A stretch of 64,000 nt of DNA from a virus. The notes beneath the pieces are model-generated. The model saw only the letters and a list, made by a program, of their open reading frames with translations. It had not been told where the DNA came from and ran no database searches. Position numbers and translations under genes: made by a program. Below, in pieces: positions 58,808-64,000 of this stretch; position 1 is the first letter of the stretch, and each line of letters starts with the position of its first letter. The stretch spans positions 32,001 through 96,000 of IMG/VR virus record IMGVR_UViG_3300027797_000013; one strand, given 5' to 3'.

Positions 58808-59272
58808 TTATAGAATAAAGAAATAGTAAATTACGATTAGGACCCATCCAATCAATCCTAATAAACATCCAACAGCAACGCCTTTTGCTGGGTCACTATT
58901 ATCAGCTCTATACAATTCTTCAAGAGTCACCGCATTCGGAACGACTACTGGCTCTACTAAAACAGGTTCCGCTGATAGAGTTTCAGTAACGGTTTGTTCG
59001 CGTTCTACTTTTACTTTTAGTACATGGTCAAGATTACAGTAATGAATTACTGTAACAATCTTATTAGTATCTCCTTGCAACTTTACTACACTATCTGAGA
59101 CCGAGATAGTATAATGTGGATACAAGCTAGATAGTTGTTGCTCTAGATAATTCTCTTGCTCTTTTGAGAGATTAATATCTAGTTTAATTCGGCCGCCGCC
59201 AGCTCGACTATCGTGACGCGCTTTGACGTAAAATCCTAAAATATTCCTAATTTGTTTAATTGAAGGTCTCAT
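58808..59272 (-). CDS. hypothetical protein with C-terminal TM helix
   Basis: Follows a promoter motif; hydrophobic C-terminus. Confidence 0.6.
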   Translation of the reverse strand: MRPSIKQIRNILGFYVKARHDSRAGGGRIKLDINLSKEQENYLEQQLSSLYPHYTISVSDSVVKLQGDTNKIVTVIHYCNLDHVLKVKVEREQTVTETLSAEPVLVEPVVVPNAVTLEELYRADNSDPAKGVAVGCLLGLIGWVLIVIYYFFIL

Positions 59273-59347
59273 TGTGCTTATTATATATAAGTTCGTTAAC
59301 TAAAATATTAAAGAAAAACCCATAAATTAAATTATGGGTTAAGAAAT

Positions 59348-59422
59348 TGGCTCCCAGGGCAGGGTTCGAACCTGCGACCTAGTGGTTAACAGCCACCCGC
59401 TCTGCCACTGAGCTACCTGGGA
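59348..59422 (-). tRNA. tRNA-Asn(GTT)
   Basis: GGTGG-CTGTTAA-CCACT; GCCA end. Confidence 0.95.
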
Positions 59423-59455
59423 TTATAAAAATAATTATGGGAGGGTTAATTGAAA

Positions 59456-59665
59456 TCAAGCTACTGCTGCGGCTTTCGCTGCTTTACGCTCGTTCTTTTC
59501 GTCTGTAATTTGCTTGCGGCAAATCTTAACATTAGCGATTACTTCTTGCAACGCTTTACGTGCTCGAGTACTAGCTGAACCATTACCTGATTGGAATTTA
59601 GTGTATTCACTCTGGGCTGAGGTTAGATGATGGGCTGCTTGCATTAGTGCTGTGTCTGTTGTCAT
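59456..59665 (-). CDS. histone H1/Hc1-like small basic protein
   Basis: GNGSASTRARKALQE…RKQI. Confidence 0.65.
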   Translation of the reverse strand: MTTDTALMQAAHHLTSAQSEYTKFQSGNGSASTRARKALQEVIANVKICRKQITDEKNERKAAKAAAVA

Positions 59666-59749
59666 ATTGTTTGTATTTAAAATATATGTCTTTAAAATTA
59701 AAATCTACAAAAACTTTCGTTATTCGTATAATGATTATATCGTAGTTCG

Positions 59750-59995
59750 TTAATAAACTGCAGCGCCGAATCCATCACCATATCCACCACCATTACCAGA
59801 CCCGGAACCAGAACCAGCTCCAGACCTAGCTCCTTCTCCAAACCCGTCTCCATATCCGCATCCACTACCATTACCCTTACCGAATCCCGACCCCGTAGCA
59901 TTTCCAAAACCGTATCCAAGCCCAGTAGTATCTTCTAAACCAGATCCCCATTCTAGATCTGGTGAATATGTACTGTGTATATAACTTAGTTTCAT
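59750..59995 (-). CDS. Gly-X repeat peptide 8
   Basis: MKLSYIHSTYSPDL leader plus (GX)n. Confidence 0.75.
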   Translation of the reverse strand: MKLSYIHSTYSPDLEWGSGLEDTTGLGYGFGNATGSGFGKGNGSGCGYGDGFGEGARSGAGSGSGSGNGGGYGDGFGAAVY

Positions 59996-59999
59996 AAAA

Positions 60000-60272
60000 T
60001 TAATCTTCATCATAATAAGAATGATCGTACCCGTAATCAATACTATAACCAGATCCTTCACCTAACCCCTCGCCTTCTCCGTCACCTTCTCCTCCACCAT
60101 CTCCATGTCCAAACCCCATCCCTTCACCTTCCTTACAACCTGACCCCTCTCCAGACGCATAGCAGGTGCCGCAGCAATCACCATAACCAAATGTAGTACC
60201 ATGACCAGACCCACATTGATAAATGTAATCTCTTTTTTCAAACATATGGTTACCTATTAGTAAATTATTCAT
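60000..60272 (-). CDS. Gly-X repeat peptide 7
   Basis: Leader plus (GX)n. Confidence 0.75.
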   Translation of the reverse strand: MNNLLIGNHMFEKRDYIYQCGSGHGTTFGYGDCCGTCYASGEGSGCKEGEGMGFGHGDGGGEGDGEGEGLGEGSGYSIDYGYDHSYYDED

Positions 60273-60290
60273 ACTTTCTTTATATTTAAT

Positions 60291-60578
60291 TTATAAATGA
60301 TCTTGAAAATAATAAACATATTCATATTCAGTCATATCTTCTGCTCCATCTCCTGTACCATTACCATATCCATATCCCGTCCCAAATCCTGCTCCATCTC
60401 CTGTTTCAAATCCAGATCCAGAACCTTCACCATCTCCTGATCCATCTCCCGAGTTGTACCCACTACCATAGCCATCGCTATGACCGAAACCAAGGCCTGA
60501 GCCATCCTCTTTACCGTGACCTCCTCCAAATTCATCAACCTGTATAAATGTGTGATGTGTTTCTACTAAAGTTTTCAT
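60291..60578 (-). CDS. Gly-X repeat peptide 6
   Basis: Leader plus (GX)n. Confidence 0.75.
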   Translation of the reverse strand: MKTLVETHHTFIQVDEFGGGHGKEDGSGLGFGHSDGYGSGYNSGDGSGDGEGSGSGFETGDGAGFGTGYGYGNGTGDGAEDMTEYEYVYYFQDHL

Positions 60579-60587
60579 AAATTAAAT

Positions 60588-60869
60588 TTATCCTTTTCCT
60601 GACCCCTCTCCATCACCTTGACCAGTTACTGCTCCATTACCCCAGCCACACGCCCACCATGATACCTGGCCTCCTCCTACTGGCTCTTCACCATTTCCAT
60701 CACCATTTCCGTCACCATCTCCATCACCCTCGCCGTAACCAAAACCTTCTCCATTACCATATCCATGACCATTGGTATAGCCTTGAGCCGCATTGAACTT
60801 TTGCATAAGTTCGCCTGCACCCATATCTTCAAAATTATTAATTAGAAAAGCTTCAATAAGAGAATTCAT
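60588..60869 (-). CDS. Gly-X repeat peptide 5
   Basis: Leader plus (GX)n. Confidence 0.75.
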   Translation of the reverse strand: MNSLIEAFLINNFEDMGAGELMQKFNAAQGYTNGHGYGNGEGFGYGEGDGDGDGNGDGNGEEPVGGGQVSWWACGWGNGAVTGQGDGEGSGKG

Positions 60870-60898
60870 AAAATTTACTTTTTTTTATTCTTAAACCC

Positions 60899-61150
60899 CT
60901 ATCCACTACCATCACCATATCCCTCTCCGTCACCAAATCCAAGTATATAATTTCCTTTTTTACATTCGTCAGTACATCTGAATCTATATCCTCCTCTATA
61001 TCCAATCCCTTCACCATCACCAATCCCTTTACCATCTCCAAGTCCAGCACCGTTTCCTTTTCCAGTTTCAGCTCCGTCTCCGAATCCAGTCCAGGAAGAA
61101 ATTAATTCAATATATTCTTCTGTGTGAGAATGATGTGCTAATTTTATCAT
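60899..61150 (-). CDS. Gly-X repeat peptide 4
   Basis: MIKLAHHSH leader. Confidence 0.75.
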   Translation of the reverse strand: MIKLAHHSHTEEYIELISSWTGFGDGAETGKGNGAGLGDGKGIGDGEGIGYRGGYRFRCTDECKKGNYILGFGDGEGYGDGSG

Positions 61151-61416
61151 ATATTTAATTTATTGTCTGTGACTATTCCTGCCCCATTTCCATCACCAAA
61201 CCCACTTCCTCTTCCATTACCATATCCATAACCATCTCCCCAACCGTAGCCCTCACCATCACCATCTCCTTCACCAATCCCATCCCCAAATTGGGATGAT
61301 CTTAGCCAGTCTCTTCCATATCCAGATCCATCTCCAAATCCAGCTCCACATCCAAAACCAGCAGAAATAGCTTTAATGAATAAATTAGAATGTGAATGAT
61401 GTGCTAATTTTAGCAT
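61147..61416 (-). CDS. Gly-X repeat peptide 3
   Basis: MLKLAHHSH leader. Confidence 0.75.
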   Translation of the reverse strand: MLKLAHHSHSNLFIKAISAGFGCGAGFGDGSGYGRDWLRSSQFGDGIGEGDGDGEGYGWGDGYGYGNGRGSGFGDGNGAGIVTDNKLNI

Positions 61417-61429
61417 AACTTTAAATTAT

Positions 61430-61669
61430 TCAGTTAATTGTATACCCTGTTCCGTCACCTGTACCATCCCCTTTCCCTTTTCCTGATCTTTCATTATACC
61501 CACATGAAAATCCAGACCCATCACCAGACCCAGCTCCATCAATAAACCCACAGCCAAACCCATAACCAAGACCAGAGCCATCACCTAAACCACAGCCAGA
61601 TCCAGTTCCATCACCAGATCTACAGACCAAATCAGCAAAATCACCATGGTGTCTATAAAGTAAATTCAT
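61430..61669 (-). CDS. Gly-X repeat peptide 2
   Basis: MNLLYRHH leader. Confidence 0.75.
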   Translation of the reverse strand: MNLLYRHHGDFADLVCRSGDGTGSGCGLGDGSGLGYGFGCGFIDGAGSGDGSGFSCGYNERSGKGKGDGTGDGTGYTIN

Positions 61670-61680
61670 AAAATTATCTA

Positions 61681-61875
61681 TTAAGACTCATCTCCAGCTC
61701 CATCGCCGAATCCATCACCGAATCCAGATCCTTCTCCATAGGCATCATTGTATCCACTCTCATGCCCTTGACCTGATCCCGTCCCATGACCGTATTCAAT
61801 GCCAGATGAATCTCCATTCCCAGATCCACAGATCAAATCAGGAGAATAAAGATTATGTATAGAAAGTAGATTCAT
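61681..61875 (-). CDS. Gly-X repeat peptide 1
   Basis: MNLLSIHNLYSPDL leader. Confidence 0.75.
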   Translation of the reverse strand: MNLLSIHNLYSPDLICGSGNGDSSGIEYGHGTGSGQGHESGYNDAYGEGSGFGDGFGDGAGDES

Positions 61876-61890
61876 AAAATAAAAAAGAAA

Positions 61891-62007
61891 GAGCAGGGTA
61901 GGATTTGAACCTACACGGGCTAGCCTCATACCACCAAGGATTAATGATAGAATCGAACTACCTGCGCTAGCCCTGTTTCTGACCGTATACCTAATCGGAC
62001 TCTGCTC
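61891..62007 (-). ncRNA. 117-nt tRNA-like RNA with two T-loops
   Basis: GAGCAG/CTGCTC closing stem, CCG/CGG D-like arm, GGGCTAGC/GCTAGCCC stem, loops TTCGATT and TTCAAAT. Confidence 0.6.
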
Positions 62008-62018
62008 GTCTATTAAAC

Positions 62019-62387
62019 TTACTCGATAAACTTAATATAAGTAGCTTCCGCTTGCGAGGTTGTCGGAATATACTCAATAGCATTGGTTAGATAGACCTCA
62101 CCAGTTGCATTCAAGCGACCACCTTTGATACCGTCATTAGCTACAGCAGAGAGACTTAGACCGCCGCCTTCCCATTTCCATAGTCGCAAAGCGTTATCCA
62201 GCTTCACTTCCATAGAGTTATTAGGGTTAATATAGGTGACATCTCCGATGTGAACACCTGCTGAATAGGTTCGAATAATACAGCGACGTCCAAGCATTGG
62301 ATGGCTAGTTGCAGCTGGAGCGGAATTAAGGTTCGAGAACATTGAAGCAATTTGTTTAGCTTCACGAATTGTCATATCTTCAATCAT
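62019..62387 (-). CDS. putative Sm/LSm-like fold protein (DUF6948-like from memory)
   Basis: LGRRCIIRTYSAGVHIG…VKLDNALRLWKW…LS..A..G…IEYIP. Confidence 0.55.
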   Translation of the reverse strand: MIEDMTIREAKQIASMFSNLNSAPAATSHPMLGRRCIIRTYSAGVHIGDVTYINPNNSMEVKLDNALRLWKWEGGGLSLSAVANDGIKGGRLNATGEVYLTNAIEYIPTTSQAEATYIKFIE

Positions 62388-62417
62388 ATTATTTGGTTTG
62401 TTTATTGGTTTGGAAAT

Positions 62418-62493
62418 TGGTAGGCCGTGTTGGATTCGAACCAACGACCAAGGGATTATGAGTCCCCTGCTCTTACCGCTGAGCTAACGGCCT
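62418..62493 (-). tRNA. tRNA-Ile2(CAT), copy 2
   Basis: Differs from 57428-57503 at 3 positions; CCA. Confidence 0.85.
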
Positions 62494-62505
62494 ATTTTGA
62501 AAATT

Positions 62506-62582
62506 TGGTGCACCTAGTTGGATTCGAACCAACGACCGACGGATTCATTTGTCCGCTGCTCTATCCGCCGAGCTACAGGTAC
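62506..62582 (-). tRNA. atypical tRNA with 8-nt anticodon loop (Arg-like body)
   Basis: Intact acceptor, D and T arms and CCA; GCGGA-CAAATGAA-TCCGT. Confidence 0.7.
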
Positions 62583-62625
62583 TTTTTTGTCTATACATTT
62601 TTATATAAGAGTTCGTTAAAGTGAG

Positions 62626-62698
62626 TAGGTACTGAGGGATTCGAACCCTCACTGGAAAGATTTTAAGTCTTGTGTCTCTGCCGTTGGACTAAGCACCC
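62626..62698 (-). tRNA. tRNA-Leu(TAA), short variable arm
   Basis: CAAGA-CTTAAAA-TCTTT; no encoded CCA. Confidence 0.8.
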
Positions 62699-62713
62699 GT
62701 GTTTGAAAATTGT

Positions 62714-62788
62714 TGGTGACCCTACCAAGAATCGAACTTGGACTTTCTGATTAGAAGTCAGATGCTCTATCCGTTGAGCTATAGGGTC
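62714..62788 (-). tRNA. tRNA-Arg(TCT)
   Basis: TCTGA-CTTCTAA-TCAGA; CCA. Confidence 0.95.
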
Positions 62789-63071
62789 AATTTGTTGTTG
62801 TACAGTTATTATACGGTAGTTCGTTTTTAAATCTACTATATTATAAAGAATTTATATACTGCTCTAATTCAATATAGTCAAGTATATCAAGAGCTTCTTC
62901 TTTATTAGCAGGGTTAAAATCTGAATCTTTTAACCCGTGATTGTTTCTAACTGAGTTGCAGCTTACAAATGAAAATAGAACTACAAGTGCAAAGGTCACT
63001 AGAGAGATAAAGTTTATTTCTGATATAGAAGTTTTCATTAATAATTTTCTATGTCATACTTTATTTAATCT

Positions 63072-63296
63072 CTACTCTGGTGAAAGCTCTCTTTCTGGAA
63101 CCACCTTTGGTCTACGAGCTTTCTTTGCTTTGTTTAGGAAGATTGTAAATTCCTTCTTAGTAAGAACGCCATCACCATTAGCATCTGCTACTAAAAAAGC
63201 CTTTTCAATAAGAGTATCAGGTAGGGGGTCAGGTTCTACGCCTTGACCATATAAAGATTGAGTTGCGAGGAGTAATAGGATATATAACTTTTTCAT
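63072..63296 (-). CDS. secreted EF-hand protein
   Basis: Signal peptide; DANGDGVLTKKE loop. Confidence 0.7.
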   Translation of the reverse strand: MKKLYILLLLATQSLYGQGVEPDPLPDTLIEKAFLVADANGDGVLTKKEFTIFLNKAKKARRPKVVPERELSPE

Positions 63297-63522
63297 AAAA
63301 TTTATTCGTTGTCAAGTGGAGTCGTCCAGGACTTGATCATTGCATACACATGCACTTCATAGTATGCTACACTTGGGTCATTACGTAACTGCTCTTCTAG
63401 AGCTTGTACCTCTTTAAAGTCCTCGCATAGGAAGAACTCTTGCTTTTGGTCATTCTTAAAACAAAGTATAGTATAGGAACTCATAGATACTTAAGACAAA
63501 TTTATTATAAAGCAGTTCGTTA

Positions 63523-63921
63523 TTACATTTGAATCAGTTCAATATCATACCGCTTCGCTATCTCTAAAACTTGAAAATAGTCATTGTAATCATCTTGAAA
63601 GATTACCTTTTTTATTCCGAACATTGCAATGTCTATAATACAATGCTGACATGGAGACAGAGTAACAGCTATTAGTTTCGCTTCACCAGGCTTGCAGTAG
63701 CGAAGAGCTGATCTCTCTGCATGAGATACAAACGGACGCCGAGCGTCTCTATCTGTCCAATCTATATTATACCCTGGTGGAGACCCATTATATCCTAACC
63801 CTGCTACACTATTGTCGTGTCTCAAGACGCAAGCGCCGCATTTAATATATGGATCCTCTGATCTTAGGCTAGCTGTATTAGCTAGTAGCAGAGCGTATTC
63901 TTCCCAGGATGGTCTAGTCAT
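63523..63921 (-). CDS. dCMP deaminase
   Basis: RPSW, GYNG, HAE, SPCQHC. Confidence 0.9.
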   Translation of the reverse strand: MTRPSWEEYALLLANTASLRSEDPYIKCGACVLRHDNSVAGLGYNGSPPGYNIDWTDRDARRPFVSHAERSALRYCKPGEAKLIAVTLSPCQHCIIDIAMFGIKKVIFQDDYNDYFQVLEIAKRYDIELIQM

Positions 63922-64000
63922 ATATTATAAAATTAATTATACTATATATTCTGTAATTAGCAAAATTTTATAAAAAAAATCCCGCTAACCGTATATAGTA

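Larger units (their letters stand above)
45472..63521 (-). promoter_or_regulatory. about 16 copies of AACGAACTnnnnTATAAT promoter motif (minus strand)
   Basis: Copies ending near 45489, 46325, 47326, 49606, 51001, 51224, 51744, 51938, 55962, 56617, 58340, 59298, 59751, 62617, 62825 and 63521. Confidence 0.85.

Noticed and set aside
59698-61050. Alternative-frame ORFs rich in MVMV/DLDL (59698, 60332, 60853)
   Set aside because: Frame shadows of the Gly-X codon repeats.
59750-61875. Collagen-like or RTX repeats
   Set aside because: The periodicity is Gly-X, not Gly-X-Y or GGxGxDxLx.
47296-62624. ORFs 47296, 47346 and 62427, and the N-terminal extensions of 56667, 61681 and 62019
   Set aside because: They overlap tRNA or tRNA-like genes; downstream starts fit better.
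35747-63521. LexA box (CGAAC-N4-GTTCG) or ECF sigma -35 (GGAACT)
   Set aside because: Only one half-site is present, and GAACT is 4 nt from TATAAT rather than about 16.
1-64000. Stop-codon reassignment
   Set aside because: Conserved genes are full length in code 11, TAG and TGA end genes normally, and no suppressor tRNA was seen.

Overview
This window is part of a large AT-rich lytic phage genome, T4-superfamily-like, read with standard code 11. The host is probably Gram-negative (spanins and a beta-barrel OMP; Verrucomicrobia is a weak guess). From left to right it contains: a truncated TGT/DpdA-like gene, split baseplate spike genes, and five consecutive signal-peptide proteins (fibre-like and beta-helix). 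These are followed by clpP, nrdA/nrdB, glycosyltransferases, a lysis cassette, thyX and fcl, then eight LRR-like paralogues around a PcfJ-like gene. Next is a purine-skewed strand-switch region and a 6-kb array of small genes, most with their own AA(C/G)GAACTccgaTATAAT promoter. The final minus-strand block has radA-like, gmd, RNA ligase, tilS, OMP, tRNAs, aberrant tRNA-like RNAs, an Sm-like gene, eight Gly-X peptides and dCMP deaminase. The most notable observations are about 35 copies of one promoter that appears to drive leaderless mRNAs, the variable LRR repertoire, the Sm-like/tRNA-like RNA/Gly-peptide locus, and the secreted beta-helix cassette. All family calls come from reading motifs by eye; no searches were run.
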